Shown: positions 51,031 through 64,000 of the stretch, in pieces
Position numbering within the stretch: the stretch's first letter is position 1
How the letters are laid out: each line of letters begins with the position of its first letter
From: Lingula anatina
Taxonomy: Eukaryota; Animalia; Brachiopoda
Reading direction: 5' to 3'
Assembly (NCBI GenBank): GCA_051362555.1
Contig: CM120647.1
Location: 18,514,651 to 18,578,650 of the forward strand
Length of the DNA stretch: 64,000 nt
The notes under the pieces: model-generated
Seen by the model: only the letters and a program-made list of their open reading frames with translations
Told to the model about the DNA's origin: nothing
Databases searched by the model: none
Position numbers and translations under genes: made by a program

Positions 51031-53464
51031 ACATTTGTGCTATATGATGGTACTGTAGGAATGGGTGATCACTAATTAAATTAAGGTCTATAAAGTCACT
51101 TGCCTACTCATTAATTTTCAATTGGCCATTAAATGAGATTACATAAAACACTCCTTGAGATTTCCCTGTAAAGTCCCATAGGTTTAGCTCTCTTAACTGT
51201 GTCACAAAATTAGGATTTGGTGATAATTGTGCAGATAAATGGTGTTTTACATTGCAAATAAATTTACAACAACAAAAAAAATGTGTTATGCCAACATGCT
51301 ATAGATGAATAACAGTGCTTTATTTTTCTCAAACTTGGTGGGGTTATTAATATCAAGTTAATACAGCTAGATTGAAAGTTTGAATAGCAGCTTTATTGGA
51401 AATTTTTATGTTTTATTTAAAATCTTTTTAAAATTATTTTTCAAACACTAGCATCCTCTAGATGTGATTTTTAACTCCCATCCACTAGAAGTGCTGTGCA
51501 TTTTCTGTATTTTTGTATATAATTGTTATTTCTTCAGATTTAATTCTTGGGCATGTTAACAGTCTCATTATGTAACTAATAAGATATGTAAAAGTGTTGT
51601 TTTGACATTTTCTGCTTCTTAACAATATTGTTAGTTGATTATATAAAAATGACGGTAAACCTGTTATTGTGCATTGTGTAATAAAGTTTCATAAATGGAA
51701 AGGAACTCATCATTGCAGTTTGTCAGATTTAATCATTCACTATGTTCAGCATCTGCAAATGGAGCAAATTGGACATTGAAAATTGTTCTATTGATATTTT
51801 TCTTATGTCAACAATTTTCCTAGTTGAACATTTAAAAATGACAGTTTATTGATTATTTTGTTTTAAAAAAGGTGTTGAAAATGGAAAGAAAATCATTTCA
51901 GTACAGTTATCTCTTGTTTACATTTTGGCATTTTGAAAGTGTGACTCTGAACTTCCATGGCCTTGAAGACCTTCCCAAATCACATTTTCTGAATATTCAT
52001 GATACTTTTATTTTTTTATAAAAAAATTGATGGTCAATATGCTGTTAAGTATTATGTTTTATTGCATGAAAGTTGAAGAAAACCCTATTTTGGACACTGC
52101 TGCCAGGATAGCGATTAAGGGAAAACCATGTTACTTATGATAATCAACCTTACTGAAAAGACTGAAGTGCAGCTTGTGTTGGAAAACCATTGTAATTGTT
52201 TTCTGTTTTGAAAGCAATGCAGTAGAGTGCTATTTGGTGCAATAAATGTATATGGATAGTAGGCAATTATTTCAGGGTTATAAAGTAATTTGCTTAATTA
52301 ATTTTCAAGTTATTTCAGGGTTATAAAATAATTTGCTTAATTAATTTTCAAGTGGCCATTAAATGAGATTACATAAACACACATTGAGATTTCATTGTAA
52401 AGTCCCATAGGTTTATCTCTCTTAACTGTGTCACATAATTAGGAAATGATGATTTTTATGCAGGTAAATGTTATTTAATATTGAAAATAAGTTTACAAAA
52501 AAAATTTTGTGTAACGCTTACATTAATGCTAAAGATGAATAACAGTGCCTTATTATTCTCAAACTCAATAGGGTTATTCATATCATGTTAGTAATTGTAC
52601 AGCTAGATTAAAAGTTTGAATAGCAGCTTTATTGGTATTATTTGTTATGTTTTATTTTACATTTTCTTTTAATTTTTTTTTTCAAACACTAGCATCTTCA
52701 AGATAACACTTTCAACTGTCATCCACCAGAAGCGCTGTGTATTTTGTTTTTCCACATTAGCAGTTGTGCTGGTTTTTATGTCTTTAAACATTGTGTAATA
52801 TTATTTTATGCACTGTCATCATTTTTCACATACTAGTATAGGGATTTTCATTATGTGAATTTGAACTCTCACATATGGTCCTGAAACTGTAATCTTATTG
52901 ACCATGTTATTCTGTTGTATATATTTTTGAATTTTTTATCTTTTACCTACTGGCATTTTCAGTGTGGGACTTATAACTCCAAAGGGTATGTAACAGTTCA
53001 CTTTTATTGATACTACCTGTTGTGCAATATTTGCAACTTGACTTTTTACAGTTAAAGGGATAATAACTGTTCTTTTTTGGCAAATAATTCTTTTCTAAAA
53101 AGTTTTTTTTGTTAAAATCTCTTAAGAAATTATTACAAAGTATAGCCACCTATGGAGGTCACATGGTCTGATGACAAGTTCAGATATCAGAATAATAGCT
53201 ATGACTGCCCTTTTTGTGGTAAAACAAAATATATTATATTTCTGTGACTTGTTTACACTGTTTAAACTGAAGTTGGATGATTCATATCATGGTTATGCAG
53301 CTAGACTGAATGGCAGCTTTAGTGGAATATTTTTTGTAATTTTTTCTTTAATTTTTAATTTTTCAAACTGGCATTTTCAAGATGTGACTTATCACTCCCA
53401 TCGACCAGGAGCCCTGTACTGTAACTTTGTAACACTTTCTGTATTTTTTTAACTTACAAGTATG

Positions 53465-53529
<65 letters not shown>

Positions 53530-53624
53530 TTTTTAAATTGAGTTTAAGCAATGAGTTTAAGAAATTTTCACTTTATCTCATTCTGGCATTTCCAAAGTTT
53601 AACTCTTATCAGCCTCAAGCCTTA

Positions 53625-53843
53625 GGGACTATTTCCAGACCCTATCACGCTAACTGTGGATCGATGTATCTCCAAGGGAATTCTCGCTAAATTGCAATCA
53701 ATGTAAGTGGCTTAGCTGTCTGTCACGCCTACTGAAACTGGCATGCCAGAATCCTAAGCCGCTTAAACTGAAAGCAATTTAGTGAGAAACCCCTTGGAGT
53801 TGGATTGATCCTGTTAGATTGATCTAGGTATGGGAACTCAGTC
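53625..53843. mobile_element. Harbinger-like palindromic MITE, subfamily 2
   Basis: Shares CTAACTGTGGATCGAT...GAGAAACCCCTTGG...GATCTAGGTATGGGAAC.CAGTC with 62087-62346; distantly similar to the 16968 and 34956 copies. Confidence 0.6.
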
Positions 53844-54844
53844 TAATGCTTGTTACACATTTTACCCCCATCCTAATTCAATGTTATGCACAATTAGAAT
53901 TTGATGTTGGCTATGCAGTTACAGTAAGCATAATACATTAATGCATCAAAATTGACAGTATCCTATTTCCTGCGCTTTTTTTTTCTGTTTTTTGTCTGTA
54001 CATTTGACAGCTTTGCTGCCTTGTTTCACTTTTTTCAGCATATATGCAACACCGTAAACACGATAAGTGGAATACTGTTTTACCTTTTGGCTTGAAACTT
54101 ACAGAACTGATGAATATTCATAATACGCTGGTTAAGTTCGAAAATCAGCATGATCGGGCCATTTTTAGGGAAGTTATGCTTTTTTTTCACTTTTTTCAGC
54201 ATATATGCAACACCGTAAACACGATAAGTGGAATACTGTTTTACCTTTTGGCTTGAAACTTACAGAACTGATAAATATTCATAATACGCCGGTCAAGTTC
54301 GAAAATCAGCATGATCAGGCCATTTTTAGGGAAGTTATGCTTTTTTTTCACTTTTTTCAGCATATATGCAACACCGTAAACACGATAAGTGGAATACTGA
54401 TTTACCTTTTGGCTTGAAACTTACAGAACTGATGAATATTCATAATACGCCGGTCAAGTTCGAAAATCAGCATGATCAGGTTATTTTTAGGGAAGTTATG
54501 CTTTTTTTTTCACTTTTTTCAGCATATATGCAACACCGTACACAAGAGGTTTAATACTGAAAAATGATGGTAAATTTGTTATTGTGTATTGTGTAATGAA
54601 GTGTCAGAAATGGAAATAAACACATATAATTGCAGTTTGTCAGATTCAATCATCCACTATGTTTAGAATCTCAGAATGGAGGAAATTGGACATTTTACAC
54701 TGTTCTATTGATATTTTTCCCATCTCATCAATTTTCTTAGTTGGTCATATAAAAATGGCAGTAAACTGCTAATTTTGTTTTATGTTAAAAAAGTGTTAAA
54801 AATGGAAATAAACCCATTTCAGAAAAGTGCTGTCTTGTTTACAT

Positions 54845-56300
54845 TTTGGCATTTTCAAGATGTGACTTTGAAGTTCCATGAGCCTGCAGACCTTTGCTAG
54901 TCACGTTTTCTGAATGTTCATGTTACTAATATTCTATTGTTAAAAATTGATGGTCGTTATGCTGTTAAACATTATGTAATATTGCATCAAAATTTGAAGA
55001 AACCCCTATTTTGGGCACTGCTCCCATGATGACCATTTAAGAAAAACCATGTCACTTACTGTTTTCAAACTTACAGGAAAGAAACATGGGACTAAAATAC
55101 AGCTTCAGTAGGCAATGCAGTCTGTTTGGTAATTTTTTCTGGCAGTTAAACAGTTTTTTGTGAAAATTTAATTTTTCACATATTGGGATTTTCAGGGTGT
55201 GACTTTGAAGTACCATGAGCCTGCAGACCTTAGCTAGTCACGTTTTCTGAATGTTCATGTGACTAATATTCTATTATTAAAAATTGATGGTCATTATGCT
55301 GTTAAACATTATGTAATATTGCATCAAAATTTGACGAAACCCCCATTTTGGGCACTGCTCCCATGATGACCATTTAAGGAAAATCATGTCACTTACTGTT
55401 CTCAAACTTACAGGAAAGAAAAATGGGACTAAAATACAGCTTCAGTAGGCAATGCAGTCTGTTTGATAAATTTTTCTGGCAATTAAACAGTTTTTTGTGA
55501 AAATTAAATTTTTCACATATTGGCATTTCCAAGGTGTGACTTCGAACCTCCACGGGCTTGAAGACCCATGCTAGTCACATTTTGTGAAAATCCATGACTC
55601 TTATATTTTATTATTAAAAATTGATGGTCATTATGCTGTTAAGCATTATGTAATGTTGCATCAAAATAGAAGAAAACACAATTTTTGGTGCTGCTGCCTT
55701 GATGATCATTATGGGAAAACCGTGTTACTTATGACTGTCAAACTTTCAAAAAAGAAACACAGGACTAAAATGCAGCCCGGGTTAGAAAAGCAGTCTAATT
55801 GGCTTCTTTTTCTGGAAGTTATACATTTTAGTGTAGTATTCATTATCTTTTTGGCATATTCATTGTGGGACTCGGAGCTCCCATGGACATGAAGCCAAAT
55901 GGTTATCATATTTTCTACATGTCCATCCTATTTATAGTCAATAAACAAAAATTGGTGATAATTATTCTCTAATTTATTATGTAATGTTACATCAAAATTG
56001 ACAACAATCTTTTTGCATTGCTACTGCAAACATTATGAAAAAAAAAACTGTGCTACTTATTATAATTTTAAACTTACAAGTACGATTTTTAGGATTGGCC
56101 TTCAGCTCATGAGAAAACCAGATCTATTGGATTATCATGTTTATTGTATTTATGCATTTTTTGTGAAATTTTCATTTTTCTCATTCTGGCACTTTCTAAG
56201 TATAAACTTGAACTCTGATGGGCCTGGAGCCTTATACTTTTACTTTCGTCTGTGTTACTTGTTGTGCATAAGTTGATGTTGACTGTGCAGTTAAACATAA
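54845..56300. repeat. Diverged ~335-bp tandem repeats (about 5 units) inside the outer HINE
   Basis: TGGCATTTT.AAG.TGTGACTT.GAA...CCATG.GC.TG.AGACC recurs at about 54845, 55184, 55521, 55852 and 56187. Confidence 0.8.
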
Positions 56301-56608
56301 TGTATTATTGCATCAGGATTGGTAGTCTCCTATTTTGGGCATTATGGTTTTGTGCTTTTCTTGTGACTTATGGGCCTGAAGACCTTTGAGTGGGTCAGTC
56401 TGTAAATTACCCTTGGGTATCAGTAGATTAATTTCAGAGTTATAAAGTCATTTGCTTTAATAGGCCATTAAATGAGATTACGTAAAGCACACTTATTGAT
56501 ATTTCCCTGTAAACTCCCAAAGGTAAAGCTCTCTGCTAGATTAATAATAAGGAAGCAGTGATAATTATGCAGGTAAATTTTGTTAAATATTGCAAATAAG
56601 TTATATAT

Positions 56609-56671
<63 letters not shown>

Positions 56672-56721
56672 TGGAAGATTAAAAGATTAAAAGTTTGAAT
56701 AGCATCTTCATTGGAATTATA

Positions 56722-56956
56722 TTTACCTCAAGCTCTGCCAAGGGGGTTATATTTTCACCCCTGTTTGTCTGTCATCCACATAACACAAAAAGTTATGGAC
56801 CGATTTTGCAGAAATTTCCAGGAACTGTCGGAAGTGGGCCAGAGAGGACAATGATTAAATTTTGGTGGTGGTCCGGATCAATAATCAATCAATTATCAAT
56901 AATAATCAACAATTGCTGCCTTGGCAGAGGTCTGCACTCTTAAAGTGCTTTTCTAG
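56722..56956 (+). mobile_element. HINE family 3 copy nested in the outer family-2 HINE
   Basis: CTCTGCCAAGG...CCTTGGCAGAGGTCTGCACTC...TTTTCTAG|TT; paralogous host segments (about 51385 and 52630) lack it. Confidence 0.8.
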
Positions 56957-58174
56957 TTTTGTTGTTTTCCTTTATAATTTTTTCTCAAACACTTGCATTT
57001 GTGACTTTTAACTCTCATCTGCCTGGGGCTCTGCACATTTTCTGTATTTCTATGTCTTTAAACATTATGTAATATTATTTTATGCACTGTCATCATTTTT
57101 CAAATATTGAGACTTTCATAATGTGAATTTGAACTCTCATGGTCCTGAAACTGTAATCTTATTGAAGGGGTGGATTAAGACCATCTTCTGGGTCTTCCGG
57201 AAGACAGTCAGGTTATTAAGTTTATATTGACTGGTATCTATTTTTTTCTGTTGGAAGACCATCAAAATGGAGGATGGATCAACATAGATACTTTGTAATA
57301 CTGTCAGAAAATATCTCTGGGTCTGCTCCTGTTATTGACCATGTTACCTGTTGTGCAAGATTAAAATTCAGTGTTGACTGACAGTGCTATTATAAGCATT
57401 ATTTATTATTGCATCAAAATTGACAAAATGACCTTTTTTGCATCTTTATTTTCTGTTTTTTGTCTGTACATTTGACAGCTTTGCTGCCTTGTTTTTTGTT
57501 GGGTCCAGTTTCACATTGAAGTTGCCACCATTTATTATGATCATCATTACATCCATGACACCTTGAATGTTCGGTGGGAATATATCCTAAGTCACCCTGA
57601 AAAATGCTATATGTGCAACTTTCTACCGAGATGTTAAACTGATAATTTCATGATGCTTTCACATTTCTATAATATGTGTGTCTGTCTTTGATATATACTT
57701 TCATTCATAAATTGGCACAAAACTCATGTTTAAAAACAGCTCTCAGCCCCATCCTCCAGCCGTATTTAGTTATAAAAACACGCCAACGTCTGTTCTGACT
57801 GTGGTGCACTCTTGATAACATATGTAGGCAGATCAAAACATACAATTTGTAATACCTGATGCATCTAATTGACGTAGTATCTGGCCAAAAATGAGGGCTT
57901 AAGTTAAGGCTTGACCTGGTCATTTTGGGACATCAAACGGAATTCCTTTAACTCAAACAGTATGTGTAACCTAACCTGAACCGTGATACTTGTAACTTGA
58001 ATTGCTGTAAACTACAGTCAGTTTTTCTAAACTCTAATTGGAAATGATCTACAGAGTTTTAAAAATGATTATGAAGTGACTTGTCTGTAGTACATTGTCA
58101 TATATAACCATTGATACCATTCATAACCATATCATTGAAGGATAAAAAATATTAAAACTATATTTCATCTAAAT

Positions 58175-58244
<70 letters not shown>

Positions 58245-61200
58245 AAAGCATGAGACACAAGTGGCTTGAGATAGAAACTGATAAAAAACATGGATCATTT
58301 GATAGAGAGGCAGTTGTTTGTGTTATTATTGTCATTTCATTCGGCTGATGTCTGTGCTTGTAAACAGATCATTTCATTAGATAAATCCATTGTACCAAAA
58401 CTGTTGCAAAACTCAACACAAAAGAGTTGACCTATTTGGAAGATTACCAGGTCTTCTATTTAATTGTGTCTGATCGAATTTGACTATCTCTGTGTTTGAT
58501 TTTGAATGGCATATCATAACAACTAAAAGTCTCATTTATAATAAAAAAGAGCTTAAGTTAACAAATTTTACAAAAACCACCTTACTTGTCATTTGAATAA
58601 TTTACATATTGAACTTTTTTTACCATCCAGAAAAATGACATGGATTTTGGTTTATTTTTACTGCAAGTTTTAAACAGAAAGTTTAACCAATAATAGGATG
58701 TTTTTATAATAAATTTGATGACGCTGATATCTACGTTGTTTTGAGTTTGTGTTACTGACCCAAATATATTAGAGGTGTGTCCACTATGACCAATCATGTT
58801 GTTTGTTATGGTTGTTTTGATGCTTGGGTTAATGCCCTCTCTAAGTAAACAAAACCAAAAGACCACTTTTTCATACCTGTGCTGGGATTTATTTGCAGTT
58901 GATGGCTGAAAAAAAATTTTTTTTCAGTAATATGAAGGGCATTCTTTTTTGCTGGGTTTGATATTAATGACTGGTTTAAAAACCAACGTACAAGTGCAGG
59001 TAAACATTGCAGTTACTTTATTGTAGTTACCTGTAGTTTTTCTCCCACATTCACCAATGTATTTTTGGTAGGAATTTTAAGGAAGGGCAAGCAGTGAAAT
59101 GTAAACATTGGCATTTGCCACTGTTTTGCTTTTAACATACCTGTGTGTTTGTTAAGTAGACCGGGAGTAAGGGCAGGTTGTTGGGTTTAATTTGAAGCCC
59201 TATGTCATTTGCAGTTTTGGAATTCAAGATATATTGATTTTCATTCAATGAAAAGTTGGACAATTTCTCATGCTATTAAAGATGAAAGAGGACACTATGG
59301 TTTAGTGCCTTTTTCCATCTTTCTCCCTCCAGTTCATGATCGAGTAATCTTCTGATGGAAAAAAGCAGCATTTTTATTGGGAGAGGTGGGGGGGGGGGGG
59401 GGGGGTGCAATTGACTTCTCCAGGGTGGTGTCAATTTTGAAAGACAAATTCTTAAATTCACAACATAGTAAACAGTATCAGAACAAAGTTAAAGGAAAAT
59501 ATATCAGGTGAATCACATTAATCAAGTCAAGGTCACTTACCGTGTGCAAAACTGATTTTACATAAGAGGTCAAAATGCCGGGAGGTGTGTCTGTGGGCTG
59601 GTGTGGACGGACTGACCAATCAGTGGCCTCTGTTATTGCAACACCCCTCACACACCTTCTGAAGTAATGGTCACTATTGTTATACTGACCAACGTTGTCC
59701 AGGTTCTGGGGGACATTGGTCAATATTTAAGTTAAGTCGACCATTGTCTGTAATTTTTTTTACTAAAATTTGGGGGCTAGGTGGATTGTAAAAGTGCAGA
59801 ATATTTTCATTCTTTTAAATTCTATCTTAAATTTCAACTCTTTACAATTTTTATTTATAAATTTGTATATATTTATTGAAGAATTATAACTGATTAAAAT
59901 TACTGATTTAAAAAAGGTGAAAAATTTTCACTGTCATCTTTTTTAATGAATCATTCCATTTAAATTAATAGTATACATACTGTATTTGATCAGGGTGTGA
60001 GGAATGAAGATGCAAGGGGGGTATAAGTTGATTAATAAATACATGCACTATGTCAGAACAGCTCGTTGGGTATATTTAAATATAAATGGAATGTAAAGCT
60101 TGCCTCCAGAGAAAAAATTTCCACTATTATCTTGCTTTTATTGGTCTGGCCGAGAATGTTATCTAACAGTTTTATACAAATGCCTCAAAATCAATACTCA
60201 ACTTCTGTTAGATTGTAGATGAGCAAATCTTTAGAGACCTGTTGAATTTTGCTTGTATTATATTATTGAACACTTTCTACATATGCCACAAAAGAAAAAA
60301 AATGACCTCTATATCCACATGAAGGCTGAAATTAGGGCATTTACCTGCTAGTTACGTCACCAAGATGTTACGTAATGCACTCAATGTATCAGTAACAATG
60401 CTGGCGGTTTATACAATAAATGTATGTTTTCTTTTGGCTTATCAGTATTTAGAGTGTTACGTATGAATGGCCACTTGCATAACAAGGAATTTGGCGCCAC
60501 TAAAGCACGTGCAAGTCCATGTGGGGCGTTATGAAACTGACCTGCATGCATGTTGATGGTGGACAGGACACCATTAAAAATCAATTCAACTTGTCTGGTT
60601 GAAATATTGGAAGATTTATTACCTCTGTTAAAGAAGATGCTTTTGTTTAACTTTAGGGTTTTTTTTTTCTTTTTTTTTTTTAGGTGGCCATTATATCTCA
60701 TAAAGTTCCTCACAGATTTTGATCAAAATTGCAGGATAAGGAGTAATTAAGGAGAGATAGAAGTCATAACAATTTCAAGCCAATCCAAACACCTACCTTT
60801 TCAAAACTATTTCTTACCACCTCTTCTTTGGTGGAGTTCTCCTATTTAAAAAGCATATTTCATTTGCTAAGAGTAGGTTTGTGACTATTTACCTCCAACT
60901 TAACTCAATTCAGAGCACTCTTAAATATTATCTATTTTGCAGATAGGTGAGAAAATAATAGCATGTTATAAATTTATAACAGATAGAACCAAACATGGAT
61001 GACTACAAGTGGTCAGAATTAGCAGTGGAGATGACTGTGCTCATTTTAGATATTTATAAACACTGAAAGCAGGTTATTTTGACCAAGTGCAGGAGCACTG
61101 AATTATATCAGCCACATTGAAGGTCATTTTATATTGTCCGTTTTCTGATAACCTAATTATGGACAGGCCAAGTGACTCCCTGACATGGTTTAGATCTTGG

Positions 61201-62086
61201 TGAGATACTGACACATCTGTTGTGTAGTGAGATGCGCAAAATTTCCCAGGGTTTTTCTGTTTACCTGTCTGTTACTGTTAATATCAGGGTTTGTTGTTGT
61301 TGATTTATTATCCTGTGATGTCATTGGCTTTGCTGGGTTAAGTATGTATCAAGATTTGTTAGAATAATGCAGAGCTGAAACTTCAAAGTGCAGAACATCT
61401 GCAGTATTTGAGAATTTAAATAGCCAAAAAAAGTCAATAAAACTTAGATAAGTGGTTTTGCGGTTCTGGGTTAATCTCTTTAGAAGACCAGACGTGATTG
61501 TGGTGTTACAGATTCCATCCAATTAGGTCGCAGCAGTAAGCCACACCCCTTGTGTCTCAACCAATCACAGTGTAGCTCTGTGCCCTGCCTTTCTGGCCTG
61601 ACATGTCATGTGACTGACCTGAATGGCTAATCAATTTACAATTTGACAGAATCGGGGTACCCTCAGCGGTTCACTTTAGTCATCTGGGACGACTAGGTGG
61701 TTAAAGAACTGGTATTTTTTTTAACATTTCAAAGACAGAATGGAGATACATGTGCTTGTGTGAGACTTTAAGGTAAGATATGAAGATTGTAGTGTTGTGT
61801 AATTAAAAAGTGTTTTCTTTTCAGCTAGTGAGATAGATGATAAAGGTATACTGAATGTTTATTGTGAAGGAAAGGCTTACTAGTACATTTTTAAAGAGCC
61901 AGTAATATGGGTCAGGGCACCTGCTCTTGTGTGCAGAGATGGAGGGCAATGGGAATTTATTAGACTGTGAAAAAAATATATACCATACTGCTAGTGAAAG
62001 TATATAGCACTACTATTGAATTTCGTGGCTGGATGTATGTGGGGATTCCCAAACATCATATGGAATTTTGAGTTGTGGAATTCTCT

Positions 62087-62346
62087 GAGACCATTTCAGA
62101 CTCTTTCGTACTAACTGTGGATCGATCTATCTCCAAGAGGTCTTGCTTAATTGCACTCAACTTAAGTGACTTAGATGTCTGTCATGCCTAATGAAGCTGC
62201 TAGGCGGTAATTAGTTATCGTTTAGCAGATTAAGTACTAGTAGGCGTGCAAGACATCAAAACCACTTAAGCTGAAAGCAATTTATTGAGAAACCCCTTGG
62301 GGATGGATTGATCCTGTTAGATCGATCTAGGTATGGGAACCCAGTC
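62087..62346. mobile_element. Harbinger-like palindromic MITE, subfamily 2
   Basis: Homologous to 53625-53843, with a longer core. Confidence 0.6.
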
Positions 62347-62695
62347 TGTGTCTCACTCATTGAAATTACTAGAGTTAGAAAGTCATTGGAAATTCAAACT
62401 CTGTCCACCTTGTTGATCTCAGGATGATATGGGAGCATTCTTCCAGTTAAACTGACATTCTGTACGTTAGCATAAAAAATAATAAAAAAAATGTAATAAA
62501 AATCTTTTGTCATATTGCCATATGCACTTCCATTATGTGGAGTCTGTCTAGCTGTTTTTAGGGCACGGTCTCTTAGAACTTGAGATGTGCAGACAGTAGG
62601 AGATTATAGACAGACAGCCAGCTTGAATTAGCTTGCATTAATGTATATTTCATAACATGAGGCCAAATCATTATAAATATGATTATTCCCAGACC

Positions 62696-62736
<41 letters not shown>

Positions 62737-63224
62737 CTCGTTTTGCTTATATTGATTCTCAATGAGCAGAAATCAGAATTATACATTATTCTACAGATCA
62801 GATATCAGAAATAACATTTTCCTCCACCCATTTTGCCTCAGCATGCGTTCCTAATGCTAATATTATCAGAAGCTTGAAGCCAAAAGAGAGTGGTTGTTTG
62901 GATATTGTTTCGTAATACAAGCTGTTTTTCTAATGGGTTCCTGCACAGCGCACTTGTTGACTGAAAAAGCAATTATGATTGTCATGAGTAGATATCCTAT
63001 ACTTAAGTACAAGTATGGTTCCATTCAGATGTGTTGAGAAACAAAGATGGGGAAATTTTTCAGACTTGTGTCAATCCCTGCAGACTTCACAGTTTAAGTT
63101 GAATGCACTATCCCATGCAAATGGCATTGTCTTGATATGAGTGAGGTTAGAAAAAAGTTCAGCTTGAATACATTACCCCATGCAGAGAAACTATGGCCTC
63201 AACATGAGCAAATACTAGTAGTAG

Positions 63225-63398
63225 CTGGGGTAGCGCTAGCAATTTTTTTTCGCTTAGCCAAATCACCACATTTTTGTCAATTTGTTACCAAAATGGTTAT
63301 AATTTGGCTAAAACATTTCAAATCAAGCCCTTTTTCTATAGCCAATTTAAGTCAATTTTAGCATTTGGCTAAATTGGCGAGTGTTAGCGCTACCCCAG
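63225..63398. mobile_element. hAT-like MITE (174 bp)
   Basis: Perfect 14-bp TIRs CTGGGGTAGCGCTA / TAGCGCTACCCCAG; 8-bp TSD AGTAGTAG on both sides. Confidence 0.8.
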
Positions 63399-64000
63399 AG
63401 TAGTAGTAGTAGCCAGCAGCTTGCACTTGCTTTCTTATGGTTGCCTATAGTAACCATCTTTTGATTATTTGCACGGGGTCTTTTTTTTTGTGGTGTATTG
63501 CAATCAATTTTTTGGGCAATCTCATGTTATTCGATAATATAGAGCACATTTCAGAATGTGCATTTGCTCACGTGAGATGAAACGTGAGGAAGTGCTTGAA
63601 ATACTGCAGGACTTGCTTGTATACTGTGTCCTGTTCAAGGTCAATTCTTTTGGAATTTTCCACATTCATTCAACACAATGTAGACTGTGTCTGTGTGCTG
63701 TAGACATACAATAAAAAAAGGAAACTGAAAGATTTTGACCTGTCTGTAAGGTTTGTTCTGTATGGAAAAGATAAAATTTGTGGTAAAGAAAATACCCAGT
63801 GTATTGCAAAAAGTGCTTGTTTTGTTTGCTTTGTATGTAAAAATCAGGCAAAGGGCAAACACCTTCAATGGTGAAAAGATTTTTGGTACCGTACAAAAAA
63901 ATCAAAGTAAGCTTTGTAGGCATTTGTGTAACTGCAGTGTTAAATAAACATTAAGAGCAAAGGAAAATCCCCTCGTTTTAGGACGTATAAGTTAAAGTGG

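Larger units (their letters stand above)
49410..54023 (+). mobile_element. HINE family 2, inner copy inserted in the first 161-bp unit of the outer copy
   Basis: Same 5' hairpin at 49410 and same 3' end at 53993-54023; host unit split at GCTGTTTTT | TTTCACTTTTTTCAGC. Confidence 0.82.
49184..57491 (+). mobile_element. HINE family 2, outer copy (interrupted by the inner copy)
   Basis: 5' hairpin ATGTACAGACACA-GA-TGTGTCTGTACAT, (GCCGAT/GTC) microsatellite, 161-bp repeats at 54024-54540, 3' subTIR TGTCTGTACAT (57461-57471), short hairpin CAGC-TTT-GCTG, end CTTG|TT. Confidence 0.8.

Noticed and set aside
54044-54554. Repeated 62-70 aa ORFs (MQHRKHDKW...) and ORF 49024-49521
   Set aside because: Translations of the 161-bp HINE repeat and its microsatellite.
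57500-64000. Short ORFs in the last 6.5 kb as coding exons
   Set aside because: Low complexity, no recognisable motifs and no phase-consistent splice chain found.

Overview
AT-rich, intron-containing animal genomic DNA, probably from a marine invertebrate (inferred from gene and transposon content). I could splice six protein-coding loci by eye: two copies of an SLC35G/EamA-type transporter in a segmental duplication 21.25 kb apart (the first has a Cys->stop change); a secreted or GPI-type protein with mucin-like repeats, a somatomedin-B domain and adhesion-GPCR-like Cys modules but no 7TM; a small PDZ-only protein; a 4-exon minus-strand gene for a small Cys-rich secreted peptide that the ORF track misses; and an MFHAS1-like Roco gene (LRR-ROC-COR) carrying a C-terminal CARD. 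There is one tRNA-Trp(CCA). The rest is rich in DNA transposons: three families of non-autonomous Helentron-type (HINE/DINE-like) elements, one with a visible empty site and a nested Tc1 and one inserted into a copy of itself; a piggyBac remnant; and Harbinger-, Kolobok-, pogo- and hAT-like MITEs. From about 48 kb onward the DNA looks CpG-depleted, like the intron of a long methylated gene. All calls come from manual reading; no database searches were run.
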